NCBI GenBank assembly: GCA_013239625.1
Contig: MU054187.1
Location: 248,001 to 312,000, forward strand
DNA length: 64,000 nt
Reading direction: 5' to 3'
Origin: Lama guanicoe
Lineage: Eukaryota
The notes beneath the pieces were generated by a model that was not told where the DNA came from, did not search any database, and worked only from the letters and a program-made list of their open reading frames with translations. Shown piece after piece: positions 11,779 to 23,814 of this stretch. Positions within the stretch are counted from its first letter, which is position 1. The number at the start of each line of letters is the position of its first letter. A program made the position numbers and the translations under genes.

Positions 11779-14700
11779 GTGAGTCCGGTGCCAGCACAGG
11801 TGCCTGTCTGTCCTGCTGTCCACTCCTGCCCCACAGTTACAGTGAAGGCCGCAGCACGTGTGTTGAGCTCTCACTGCCCCGCACGGCTCTGGCTTTGCTG
11901 CGTTTGCTGACGAGGGCCTTTACCTTTTGAAATTGAGGGTCTTTCCTGTTGAGTCTTGCAGTAGATACATGCTCTGTCCCCCAGCTTTGGTTAGCATAGG
12001 TTTCAACTCCTCCTGCCATGGTTTCACGTTAATGGAACAATTGTCTGAGATACACATTTTTTTTTAAATTGCTGGGTATTCTTGAGTCTGAGCATCTGCG
12101 AGATTGGTGGTTATTTCCCCGATCTGGCTTGTCAGCTCTGAGAGTCAGTGTGTGAGCTTCACAAAGAGGTATGAGATGTGCTTTTCCAAAAAGACACCAC
12201 CTGAACACAGTGTATGTTGGGCCCTCGTGAACGAGAGAGGTCTGTCCTTGTGAGAGATGTTTGAGGGCCTAGCACGTGGGCTGTGGGATGGCTGAGCTCC
12301 AGAGAGAGTGCTCAGCCCCAGGGGCAAAAGGTATCTGTGACCATGTCAGGGCCACATCCAGGTGGCAGCTGTGGGCCAGCTCGTGAGGTTGCCACGAAGG
12401 GGCGGCTGACCATCTGCATGGCTCTCTGATAGGCTCCCAGGGCGAAATTGGTTCTGATTCTAGTCTGAATTTGGAGGCTCCTGGGCTGCCCTCTTGGCCA
12501 CTTGCCAGCCCCGTCCCAGCCTTCCCCCTGCACATTGGGGGCAGGGGAAATGGCAACCCTTACACTCTTTCGTCCTCACCGGGGGTCATTTGAATTAAAT
12601 CGGAATGTGGACAAATCCGAGTTGGAATCTTGGAGGATCACTAGTCTGACGGCAGTTCCAGCTGATTCTTGGCCTCACGCCTCTCTTCAGAGCAGCTCGG
12701 TGACCCCCGTGCCCCCATAGCACAAACCTGCATCCGAAGAGCTGCTGCGCGGTGGGGACTGACGTTTAGACCCAGCTGCGGGAGGGCCTGTAAACTAGTG
12801 TCCCTGACTGTGTGGAAGTGAGCAGTTATGACCAAGCACCGCCTCACCACATTCCACGGCCTCCCAGCAGGCAGAGTCCACCCCGACCAGAGAGGCAGAG
12901 GGCTCACAGACTCTCACAGAGAGAAGGCCGTCGCTCTCTCCACGGCGACACCCAGAGAGTCAGCAGCTGGCCCAGTGGGGGCAACAGGGACCTCGCGTGT
13001 GTTCTGATTGAGGCCCTGTGTTTGACGGGTCGGGGGGCAGCAGTTCCTGCGACTGTCAGCCCTTGGGTGAGGCTAGTGGGTGGGAGAGCCCACGGTAGGG
13101 GCTCTGAGCAGGCACTTCAGCCGGCAGGTCTGGGTGATCTGGGAGCAGGGTACGTTGAGGGGTGCTGGGGCCATCCCGCTTAAGGAGAACACAGCAGCAG
13201 AACCAGACGAAGCCCACAGCTGAAGGCTGAGGGGTGGTGTACAGGACATGCTGGCCCTGCAGCTGCTCAGGTGCCCTGGCTAGGCCCCCGGGAGAGTGGC
13301 CCTCAACCACCTGCTCTCTTCAGAGACCTGGAGACCAGGGGAGGCCTGGCAGGAACCCCCTCATTCGCTTACTCCCTCTGATGGAGGCAGGCCTTACCTA
13401 CCACATGCCGGACTTCCCAGCTATTTACATCCTACTCACAAGGCATGCGTGTGCTCGTGCGTGTACGTTGTGGAGTGTGTGGAGTGTGTGCACGTGTTCC
13501 CTGGGCGAGGGGTGAGGGTGAGGGCCCTGGTGTCCCTTTGGGGTGCTCTGCTGTGGAGCCCAGTGATGGGACTGGGGTTGGCACCCCCAGGTGCTCAGGC
13601 TTCGCATGATCTTGGAAGAGAGCTGACACCGGTGGTATAGGACAGACCTGGGTGCGGGCATGGGCCACAAGGCCCCAGTCTGGATTCTGTCCGTCTTCTG
13701 AGACCCAAATCCAAAGAATCAAATTAGGACTTTGCATGAGAACATGACTTCATCTTGGGAACAAATGTGCGGTTTCTTGTTAGGACACAGGAGCGCTGGG
13801 GTCAGGCCTGCACTTTAACAAGGTCAGGCAGCAGATAGGAAAGCGGTGGAGCTGACAGCGGTGTGTGTGTCACATCTCCAGGGTGACGTGGCAGGGACAG
13901 GGTATGTGCAGCTTGTTTCCCCGGCCTTCACAGGAGGAAAAGTTAAACATGTTGCACCTTTGAAGATGGAGGCACATTTTACACACACACACACAGATCC
14001 ATGCATTCACATGACCAGCATATGTGAGTTTGCTGGTGATTATTTTAACCTCTCCATGTTAATTTCCCCCAAATATAAAATATCTATAATCTCCATTTAT
14101 AAACAATACAGTTATTATAGAAAACTGTAGCTGCCAAACCTGGCATTTTAAAAGACAGGATTTTCTGCTGTTTTTCAAGTCAAGCGTTCTGTGCTTGTAC
14201 CCCAGGTGGGTGGGTGCCTGGGCCCTGCCCTGACCTCACACAGGCGCAGCCCTGAGTGGGGCCTCCCTCACCAGCGTCTCTGTCCTCATCCTGCCATCTC
14301 CACTGAGTCAGGCCCCTTTGTGGGATCCTAAGAAGCTCTCTGAACAACTGAGGGGGCCGTGACCTTGACGTCTTGGCCACAGGCCCCAGGCAGAGGCCTC
14401 TCAACCTGTCCAGTCGCACCCTCATTCCCTCCCTTCACCTGTCTTCACGATGACTCTCACCTCCATGAAACATGGTTGCGCCAACCTGAATTTGCTACTG
14501 AGGACGCCAGAACTCCCTGCAAGCCATGCAGGGGAGCCCAGCTTCAGAATGCACCGTCTCGGGCTCAGCGCTCCCAGTCTTACCCTTCACACAGCCCTGC
14601 AGCCTGGACAAGGCTCCCCCGGGCAGCAGCCAGTGTCCCAAGGGCTGGGCTGGAGTCAAGGAGGCCCGTCAGTCCCCGGCCTTTGTGCCCTTGTTGGCTG

Positions 14701-15764
14701 GGACCTTCCCAGGCTCTGACCAGACCCCTACATAGCCTGGGCCCCCTCATGGCATGAGTCTGGGTCCCAAGCAGGCAGGAAGATGGGAGTCTGTCACCAC
14801 CAGGCCTAGAACACTCCCTGCCCCTACCCCTCACTCTGTTCATGAGAAGCCAGTCGGCCACCCAGCCCAGACCCAGGGTGAGGGCAGTGAGGTGCCAGCC
14901 AAGGAGCCAGATGTGCCAGCAATGGCCACGTCATCCAACCCTCCAGCCTCAGTCCCCTCTGCCACTATGCCGGTTACGGAAGGGGCGAGTTCGCACTGCA
15001 CTGCACTGAGCTGCCACAGATGTCATCAGGTGTTTGGCACAGACTGAGAGGGATCCTAATGCTGCCCTCTTGCAGGAGCGCGCGCTGGGGGGGGGTGCTT
15101 TCCGGAAGAACACGTGACCACCTAGAGCTTCAGTTTCCCACAAGGCCAATAAGCCTCTATTTTCATCCCCAGCCCCGTGAGAAAAATGGGGACCAGGAGG
15201 ACACAGCACACCTTCCCAGCCTGGTCTCCTGGTGCCCCTGCCACACATGTAGAGAGGAAACTTGCCCAGGATTAACCAGTTCCCTAAGTTAGTCATCGGA
15301 CAGTGTGAAGGGAAAGCTTTCAGCAGCCTCGGAAGGCGTTTAGCTCAGTGTAACTCTGGAAGAAAGGGGCTCCTTTAAGGAGGAAAGTTTGGGGCAACGG
15401 AAATCCTTGGACCAGAAGTGCGGCTGGACTGGGGAGGTGGGAGTCAGCTGCAGGTGTGCTGCATGCTTCCCGCTGGGACACAGGGCATGTCCCACCCCCC
15501 ACCCCCCACCTCTTCTAGGACAGCCAACTGGGAGAGGTGCGTCATTGCATCCACCAACATCAATAACATACTTTACATGTTTTTGTGTAAAAACTAACGC
15601 AGCTATCAGAGAAAAGCAGTTCCTTCCTTTGCCTGTTGTTCTCACCTTTGCAGAGCGGGGTTGTGGGCCGCAGAAGGGCCTTCTGCTCTGTCGTGGGTGT
15701 CCTGTGCTCTGGAACAGAACGTCCCAGGCTGTTTGCTTTAACCAGTCTACCTTTGTCCCCACAG

Positions 15765-15929
15765 AGTTATGAAGTGAAGAGCGTCCTTGGGAAGGAGGTG
15801 GGGCCGTTAACCTGTTTTGTCCGGTCCCTCACCACTCACCCGACCAGCTGCGTGGGGTTGGAGGAGATTGAGCTGCTGAGCGAGGGGAGAGCCTCTTCAG
15901 AAGACTGGCCGCGGCCACAGGATCTGTGA
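15765..15929 (+). CDS. SPIDR: SPIDR last coding exon to TGA
   Basis: ccccacag|AGT TAT GAA; SYEVKSVLGKEVGPLTCFVRSLTTHPTSCVGLEEIELLSEGRASSEDWPRPQDL*, followed by an AT-rich 3' UTR. Confidence 0.95.
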   Translation, partial: SYEVKSVLGKEVGPLTCFVRSLTTHPTSCVGLEEIELLSEGRASSEDWPRPQDL

Positions 15930-16744
15930 ACTTTGCAGAGTGGCTGCGAGGTGGTGGCAGTTTAGGGTGGTTATTTGTTAACTCTGGGCAGAATGAATGT
16001 ACTTTATGATCTTGAAATGGAACTTCGATTTTTCAGGGGCAAATGTTCGTTAAGATAGTTTGGTAAACTACAAATCAAAATACTTTTTTCTATGGTTATA
16101 TATTTTGTATTGCCTTTCTGCAAAATTAGGAAAATGTTGTTAAAGCTTAAATACGCTTGAGGCCTTCATTTTATATTTATCTTAGGTAATATAGTAGAAA
16201 AAATTATTTTGTTCCATTGTAATTTTAAAGTGTTCAAATTTTACCATGATTCAATGTTTTTCTTTAATATTTGTTTTAACATTCCCCAAAGAATACCCTG
16301 CAAAGCTTAAGCCTCTGTCCTCTCTTGCGGTACTAACTGTGCTGCTACAATCAGCATCCAACTTAAGCGTTTTGCAGCTCAGTATTTTTTGGGACATGTT
16401 CAGGGGAACTATGTCGGAGGTTAAAGCTGTTTCCCATAAAGTGTACATAAGGTAACCAGTGTCATGATAGCTACCCTCCAGTGATACTGCCAGGTCCGGT
16501 TAGTCCTGCTGGTCCTGCACCAGCAGCCAGGATTACCTCGCAACGGGAGAGCCTGGTTATCTTTCACCGTCTAAGTTAAAAGTAAAACCATGGATTAATT
16601 ATCTCTGGACACTAAAGATTTTGTTTCCTCCCTTATGACAATATAATCATGACAGGCCCTGGTAATCGGTTACGTAATGTAGGCGTAGCAGCCAAGACCA
16701 AGAAAGGCTGCCTAGTACCCACTTTCACGGGGGACAGGCAAGGC

Positions 16745-16750
16745 TTTATT
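16745..16750 (-). terminator. Possible distal CEBPD poly(A) signal AATAAA
   Basis: Second tttatt on +, about 730 nt past the stop; use unproven. Confidence 0.35.
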
Positions 16751-17217
16751 TAGTCGTTCAGATTAAGCGTTGAAACATTACAAGTACTGACAAGGTAGCC
16801 GGTTTTTAGTAGCTTTGTGACTGTCCTTTCCGTCCTACGTGACCGTTCTGTATCTTACGCACTTTGAAAATCTGCTAGAAACTCTACAAGACTGAAGAAA
16901 GTGAAAGCAAATCCCATGAAAGCCAAGACGAGTCGGACTGGTTTTCGGACAACCTGAGCCCTCCTCTCCCTGCCCCTGGGGCCCCCGCTCGAGGTGGGGC
17001 GCGCTCCCGCCGGTCTCTGACACGTTCCCGGGGCGCCTTCCACCCAAGGGGGTCTCTGCAAGTTAACGAGCACGTCCGCAGGTGTAGTTTGGCCTGTTTG
17101 AGAAGCAAAGAGACGATCTTCCAGGAACCCGGCCCCGGGGCGCACGCCGGACACACGCGCCCTTCCCGGGGTTCCGGAGGGCTGCGAGCGCAGGAATCAA
17201 GGTGGGTCTAACGCGTC

Positions 17218-17223
17218 TTTATT
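17218..17223 (-). terminator. CEBPD proximal poly(A) signal AATAAA
   Basis: tttatt on +, about 260 nt past the stop, preceded by an AU-rich UTR segment. Confidence 0.75.
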
Positions 17224-17479
17224 CTTACAAATACTGTAAAAATCAATATAAAAATGTGTGCATGCTCAAGTCTTTTTTCCTCGTATCTACAGTACAATGG
17301 CTTGTCCCAAAAGTCTCTTTTACGAATGTACCTTTGCTGCATCCTAGGCGTAGGATGCAGAGAAGCTGCCGTCACAGTAACTTAGGGTCCACGCGGCAGC
17401 TGTCTTGAGTCCCAGCCGAGCACGGGAGTCCGGCCCGGTGGCTCCAGACACCGCAACCGCAGCCCGCGCGCCCCTCGCG

Positions 17480-18250
17480 TCACCGCGCGTCCGCCGCCCC
17501 CGCGCCGGGCAGGAAGGGCGCGCCGGGCAGCTGCTTGAAGAAGCGCCGCAGCCCGGCCAGGTCCCGCGTCAGCTGCTCCACGCGCTGCTGGAGCTTCTCG
17601 TTCTCGGCCGAAAGCTCCACCAGCTTCTGCTGCATCTCCTGGTTGCGCCGCTTGGCCTTGTCGCGGCTCTTGCGCACGGCGATGTTGTTGCGCTCGCGCC
17701 GCTGCCGGTACTCGGGGCTGCCGCGGTCCGGGCCCCGCTTGCCCGCCGCCTTGTCGCGCGCCGGCCCGGGTGCTGGGGGCGCAGGGCTGCGGCGCGGCGG
17801 CTCGGGCGACGCGGGCGGCGTGGGTTGCGCGGCGGCCGCCAGGCTCACCACCGTCTGCGCGCACGCGGCCACCTGCGCGGGCAGCAGCGAGCCGGGCGCG
17901 TCGCCATCGCCCCAGTCGGGCTCGCGCTTGAGCTGACCCGGCGCCGGCCCGGGGACCGCGGGGCGCGCGGGGCCCCCGGGCAGCAGCTCCAGGGCGCCCG
18001 CCTTGTGGTTGCTGTTGAAGAGGTCGGCGAAGAGCTCGTCGTGGCACAGTTCCAGGGTGGGCACGGCGGCCATGGAGTCGATGTAGGCGCTGAAATCGAT
18101 GGCGCTCTCGTCGTCGTACATGGCGGGCGCGGCCGGCTCGGTCCCGCGGCCCGGCTTTCCCGCGCGGCCCGGCTCGTAGAAGGCGGCGGGCTCCGCGGAC
18201 CAGGGGGCGCCGCGCGCCGGGCTGTCCAGGCTGAAAAGCGCGGCGCTCAT
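17480..18250 (-). CDS. CEBPD: CCAAT/enhancer-binding protein delta (intronless bZIP transcription factor, 256 aa)
   Basis: MSAALFSLDSPARG start in a GCCGCCATG Kozak context; DDESAIDFSAYIDSM and ELFADLF activation boxes; LKREP SUMO motif; basic region/zipper EYRQRRERNNIAVRKSRDKAKRRNQEMQQKLVELSAENEKLQQRVEQLTRDL; synteny between SPIDR and PRKDC. Confidence 0.99.
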   Translation of the reverse strand: MSAALFSLDSPARGAPWSAEPAAFYEPGRAGKPGRGTEPAAPAMYDDESAIDFSAYIDSMAAVPTLELCHDELFADLFNSNHKAGALELLPGGPARPAVPGPAPGQLKREPDWGDGDAPGSLLPAQVAACAQTVVSLAAAAQPTPPASPEPPRRSPAPPAPGPARDKAAGKRGPDRGSPEYRQRRERNNIAVRKSRDKAKRRNQEMQQKLVELSAENEKLQQRVEQLTRDLAGLRRFFKQLPGAPFLPGAGAADAR

Positions 18251-18302
18251 GGCGGCGTCGGGCCGGCGGCGAGCGCGGTTCCCTGGCGGGCCGGGCGCCG
18301 CC

Positions 18303-18432
18303 TTTTCTAGCCGGGCTGACGCGCACGCCCCGCCCCGACCGCGGACCGCGGGACCCCCGCCTGCGCGCCTCCCCCGCGCTTCCTGCCCGCCGGCCCGGCC
18401 CGCGCGGCTCTGCCGGGAACGACCCTCCCTCG
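18303..18432 (-). promoter_or_regulatory. CEBPD proximal promoter: TATA-like TAGAAAA, CRE half-site, Sp1 GC box, STAT3-type element
   Basis: On minus: TAGAAAA 18303-18309, CGTCA 18317-18321, GGGGCGGGGCG 18326-18336, TTCCCGGCA 18411-18419 next to GGGAGGG. Order and spacing match the known STAT3/Sp1/CRE layout of mammalian CEBPD promoters. Confidence 0.75.
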
Positions 18433-21400
18433 GCCGCGCCTCCTCCTTCCTGCTGGTGGGTCGGGTCCTCTGCGCTCGCGGAGCCGGGGCGGAACCAGAA
18501 CGGGGCCTGGGCTGGCGCGCGCCGTCGGAGGGTGGCGCAGGGACTCGGGAACCGGGGCGCTACCTCGCGGCTTCAGGGAATTCGCGTTCTGGTGCTTCCC
18601 CATCGCCGAGATGGGGAGTGGGGGCAGAGCACATGTGGGAGGGGTCTCGACTTAGTGGCGCGGGGCTCGGCCGGGTCCGGGGGTATTTCCTCCAACCCTG
18701 CATGCCTGGGGCCAGTGGAAACTGCGAGCCCCACGCCCCTGCCAGCCCCGAGAGCCCCGCAAGTCCCGCGATCACCCCGAGAACTCCACGCTCAGTCCCC
18801 CACGAGCCCCGCACCCCCAGCGCTGCCCCCAGGTCCACTAGAGCAGTGCCATCTTGCGGTAGTGTCTTCAGTCCTGTTTTTAGTTCCAGGCTCTTTTTTT
18901 CCCCCTGTTGAGTATTCCAAAAAGAAGTGCCTTTGGATCCAGAGCAGTGGGGTCTTTCTTGAGGAGAAAGATAAGGTTTACACTAGTAGCCCTGACAAAG
19001 TATTAACTAGTTAGCTCTTCACATTGAAAAATGCAGGAAGAGACTCTGGGCTGGCTTTGTTCGTTAGGTTTCTTACAACTTGGGGCAGGCATTTTTCACA
19101 TCACCGTCCTCGTTCACACTTGGCCTCCGTCCACATCCTTTCTCGTTCGTGGACTTCGCGTCCCAACATCAGGCGTTCCACAGACTGTCAACGGGAGTGT
19201 CTGTGGCCAGTTCCAGAGGTGAGTTCTAATGACGCACCATAGATACTGAATCAGTTTTCTAGAAGGACGACGTAGCGCTCCAGAATTATGCAGGGGACAC
19301 GAGGTACATGTCACACTGTTAATTACCCATTAAGGGTAAAGCCCAGGAACACCCAGAGAAAAGACGTACTTATTTTGGAAGCCATAAAAATGTCACTAAA
19401 GCCCTCTCCAGTCAAGGAGTGCGAAAGAAATGCTTATACGGAGAACCATATTCTCTTGAAAATAATTCAGTGAGATGATTAGTAGGTTCAGGTATCAGAT
19501 TAGGACTGAGCTTGAAAGAGATGCTGCACGCACATTTTTGAAAGATGGGTGTAGATTTCAGAACCTGTGAAGAATTTTCTTTCCTTTTCCAGAAGAAGGG
19601 AAAGAAGAGGTCATAGACCAGCAAAGTATAGATTTGTTATGATATTTGAAGGCAAATTAAAGACTATTTAAAAATATAATAAAACAAGTTAAAGTATAGC
19701 TTTTGTGACAGTAGATGTTCCAGTCATTTCTTGCATGTCTTCACTTGCTGTCTTTCCCTAAGTCTATTTATCCAAGAGAAATACAAAGTTGTTCATCATT
19801 TAGCCTTGGGGATCTTTCACCTGTGGTGGTCTGTGTAGAACTGTCAAAGGGAGGTAGTCCAGTAAGAAAACATTCCTTGAAAACTCTGGAGCCTTGAGTC
19901 CCCCTGTTACGAGGTCGTTGCTGTGTTGAGCTCAGCTGAGGTGTTCACCTGCAGTCCACGTCCCGTGGACTCTGAACACACCGTCCTTCAGATACTCAGG
20001 GGCTGGAAATGCCTGCACCTGCTCTGGCTCTGGGGCTCTGTCAGGGTTAGAAGTCGGTTGGTTTAGCTCATTCCTAACACGAAGGGGAGGGTCCACACCT
20101 CTGTCTTTGTAAGAGATCATTTTTGGATGCTTCATAGGGTGCAAGATACGGGCAAGAACAGTTCTCCAAATTAAAGTCTGAAACTGAAAATGTTTCTGAG
20201 CAGTGCGGGTGTCAAGAGGAGGGGAACTGTGACTTTAGCGCCCTCTTCAGATGACGACTCCAACAGTCAGATTAGATACTTCTGTTAACCTTCTGGCTTA
20301 GGGATAATTTTAACTGTATGATATGCTCTTGTGTGTTTGTGTCAGACAATAGTGAGGTTACAAATGCAGACTTTTGGAGGAAACCTTATTCCCAATATAT
20401 TTCTTTGTAAAAGGAAATACAAGGGCATTAAGAACAAGGCATGTGGGTATTGGAGTCATACATCCCTGGTGCTGCTAAAACCTGTATATTTTATTAAAAA
20501 CCTACTGTAATGGTTTTAAAATTCTGCATTCACTTCAGCCTCTGGGGTTTAAGAGGCAGATCCCCCAGATTACAAACTAGACAGAGCTGGGAACAAGTAC
20601 CTGATTCTGTGAGTCAGGTGTCTCACATTCCTGGCAATAAAACACCAGGAGAAGCAATTTGCCTTCCCAGCCCACTTCCTCTGAAGTGGATTCAGCCTCC
20701 CTCAGCCCGCACCTGTCAGCCCTGCCACAGCCCAGGTCCCCAGCAACCTCCGTGGTGGCACATGTGTCACACCTGCTCACCCAGGAAGGCACGGCGGGTC
20801 TGCTCTCCTGCATCCTGTTCTCCCCACGCTGTTCTCCAGATAGCTGCCAAGAGACCTGAAAGACGAAGTTACCATCAGACTGCTTTGTTCCTTAGATTCT
20901 TCTGAAAGGTTCTTTGGCAATAGAATGGAGTTTATTTCCAAGTGTGAACTTCCACTGCCCACTTCTTTAAATCCATATCCCACCTCAAGCAGCTGACTGA
21001 CTCAACTCTGAAAATCTTATGAGCCTGCCAGGCCTCACGCCAGGCTGATGCTTCTGGGAGAGCATGCTTACCCCGTCTGCTGTTTGGCTGGCAGGATTTT
21101 TCCATCTGCTAGAGCCCTACCCATATAGTACCTCTCTGTTGTTCTCTGTGACTTATTTTCGCCAAATTAATCATTTCCTCATCTGGTTTCTCAGGAAAAA
21201 AATACATATTGCCAACTATTAGATGCAGAGTCTAAAATAGTCTGTTGAAATTAGGGTGCATATGACAGTCACCACTGGCCAAGCTGTCAGTTACGTTTGT
21301 CATTGCCTGCATATGGTGTCACTGCCCGGGAGTGAAGTCCTGGAGATGACAGTAGAGAGCGCTCTTGTAAGAAATTCTGTCACCGACTCTGGATGGAGCA

Positions 21401-21599
21401 GAGAGCAATAATGTTGTATGAAAAATACAAATATCAATAACTCTCGAGTTTAAAAGTATTTCGGAGGAGGCAAACAGTGAACATGATAGAAGTCTGGGGA
21501 TATCTTAAGCAACATAACAGGTTTATATTTTCCTGTTTACATATGCATGAGTGATATATTATTACAATCCATGTCTAAAAGAGAGTGAATGCTTGATAT

Positions 21600-23115
21600 G
21601 AGTACAAAATAGTACATTTAAAATGCAGGAGGAGCAAAGTGGCTGAAGCTGGTGATGTGGGCTCCATCCCTCCACTGTAACAGCTGACAGAATTGTCAGA
21701 GTCAACTTCTGCAGAGCTCTGGAATCCTCCCCAAACCCACAACAACCAGAGGAATGCATAATGAAGAAGGAAGTTGCTGCACTGCAACAAGAGAGTGCCG
21801 TGGCATTTCAGATGTCCAGCTCACACTTCCCCACTCTCCATGATGATGGTGGTCATGAGAACAGAGCATGACCTCTGGTGCAGGTTGCCAGTGCCAGAGG
21901 GAGCAACACAGACTCTATTCTCAAAAATCTGGGGTTGGGTTCTTGGACCTGCCATGGCCCCTGAGGGACAGAGCAAGGAATGGCAAAAGCCCTGGGAAAG
22001 AAGTGTTTGGAAAGGAGGACGTGGGGAGTAAGGGCTTTTTAAATACCAGGGGATCAAGAAGTACACGCATGGGCCCAGGATGGGCTGCATGCTCAGAAAA
22101 GGTCTGAGAAGACCCTACTCCTTCACTTCTAACCCCCCTTTACCATACACTCACTCAAGAAGGTAATGCTAAGGCAGGACTAATAACAGCCTGGCTAAGC
22201 ATTAAAGGAGTGCATGCCCCAACACAAAACCAGTCTGCAAAAACAGAAGAGTTTTTTCTTTTTCTTTTTCTTTTTCTTTTTTTCCCCCTATATTTGTAAA
22301 CTTTGGCTTCAGACTTTTAAGGTAACGCTTATATTAAAGCACAGGCTGACCACTAAGCTAGAGAGACATTTAAATGGCTACGCACAACAAAGAATACTGA
22401 TGTTATAAAACAGTCCTGAAGAGTCACTAAACAAATACTAATAATACAAAGAAAACACCAGCAGCAACCGTGGGTAGAGGAGAAAATCTCATTTCCAGAG
22501 TTGCCACATTATAATATTCAGAACGTCTGGATTAAGGGGAAGAGTATGAAGCAAGCAAAGAAACAAAATATGACCCATTCACAGAGAAGAAATAGAAAAA
22601 TCCCTGAGGAAATCCAGACATTTGGCTTACCAAAGATTAAATCACCTGTTTCATATGTGCTCAGAGACCTAAGGAAACCATGGACAAAGAACTAAAGGAA
22701 ACCAGGAGAATAATGTATCACCAGAGACTATCAATAGAGATTAAGTAAGTATCGAAAGGAATCAAATTCTAAAGCTAAGATTAAATGAAAATGTCACTAG
22801 AGGGTTACAACAGCAGAACTAAAGAAGCAGAAGAAAGACTCAGCAAACTTGAATATAAGATAACTGACATTACCCAATCAGGGAAGCATGAAAAGAAAAG
22901 AATGAAGAAAAGTGATCAGAGCCTAAGGGACCTGTGGCACACTGTGATGAATCATACCAACATATGCATAATGGGAGTCCTAAAAGAAGAAAAGGGGGCA
23001 GAAAGAATATCTGAAAATATAATGACCACAAGTTTCCCAAATTTTATGAAAGGGATTTATACAACCAAGAAGCCCAACAGAGCCAAGCAGGATAAACTCA
23101 AAGGGATCCACTCTT
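21600..23115 (+). mobile_element. Old L1M 5' region and ORF1 remnant
   Basis: ORF 22785-23117 LEGYNSRTKEAEERLSKLE...QSLRDLW...NICIMGVLKEEKGAERI is L1 ORF1p coiled-coil/RRM-like. Confidence 0.8.
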
Positions 23116-23533
23116 AAGAAAGATGATTATCTTAGCTACTGTAAACAGTGCTGCTGTGAACACTGGGGTGCATGTATCTCTTTGAATTAAGGTTCCCTCT
23201 GGATGTATATGCCCAAGAGTGGGATTGCTGGGTCATATGGTAACTCTATTTTCAGTTTTTTGAGGAATCTCCATACTGCTTTCCCTAATGTTTGCACCAA
23301 ACTACATTCCCACCAGCAGTGTAGGAGAGCTCCATTTTCTCCACACCCTGTCCAGCACTTATAGTTTGTGGACTGTTGAATGGTGGCCATTCTGACTGGT
23401 ATGAAGTGGTGCCTCATTGTAGTTTTGATTGGCATTTCTCTGATACTTAGTTGTACTGAGCATTTTTTCATGATTGCAGGGATGCTGGTTCTGTTTCCTT
23501 CTAGTGATTGGTCTGTTCAAATGATCTGCTTCT

Positions 23534-23814
23534 AGGGAGGTGGGCACAGCTCAGTGGTAGAGCACACGCTCAGCATGCATGAGGTCCTGGGTTCTATTCC
23601 CAGTACCTCCATCAAAAAATAATAATAATGAAATAAAAATAAAATATATCGTGGGGAGGATGTAGCCCAAGTGGTAGAGTGCATGCTTAGCATGCATGAG
23701 GTCCTGGGTTCAATCCTCAGTACCTCCATCAAAAAACTAACTAAATAAATAAACCTAATTACCTCCTCCCTGCAAAAAAAAAAAATCTATATCTATCAAT
23801 CCTCAGTACCTCCA
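23534..23814 (+). mobile_element. Two tandem/nested tRNA-derived SINEs (camelid Vic-1-like)
   Basis: Two copies of A-box (agtggtagag) and B-box (gggttcaatcc) heads with A-rich tails, flanked by the direct repeat tcaaatgatctgcttct (23517-23533 and 23815-23831). Confidence 0.9.

Larger units (their letters stand above)
16950..18850. promoter_or_regulatory. CpG island over the CEBPD promoter and gene body
   Basis: Very GC-rich with dense CpG throughout; boundaries judged by eye. Confidence 0.9.

Noticed and set aside
17382..18326. 314-aa alternative-frame ORF on minus and 301-aa antisense ORF (17405-18310) over CEBPD
   Set aside because: Non-ATG starts (the 314-aa one lies upstream of the TATA-like box), R/G/A/P-rich; expected stop depletion in a CpG island.
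18249..18911. 220-aa + strand ORF whose ATG overlaps the CEBPD ATG
   Set aside because: The ATG is the palindromic CATG of the CEBPD Kozak sequence; low-complexity promoter translation with no domain.
23534..23730. tRNA-like A/B boxes here and at the other SINEs
   Set aside because: They carry SINE tails and TSDs and lack a proper cloverleaf; they are not tRNA genes.
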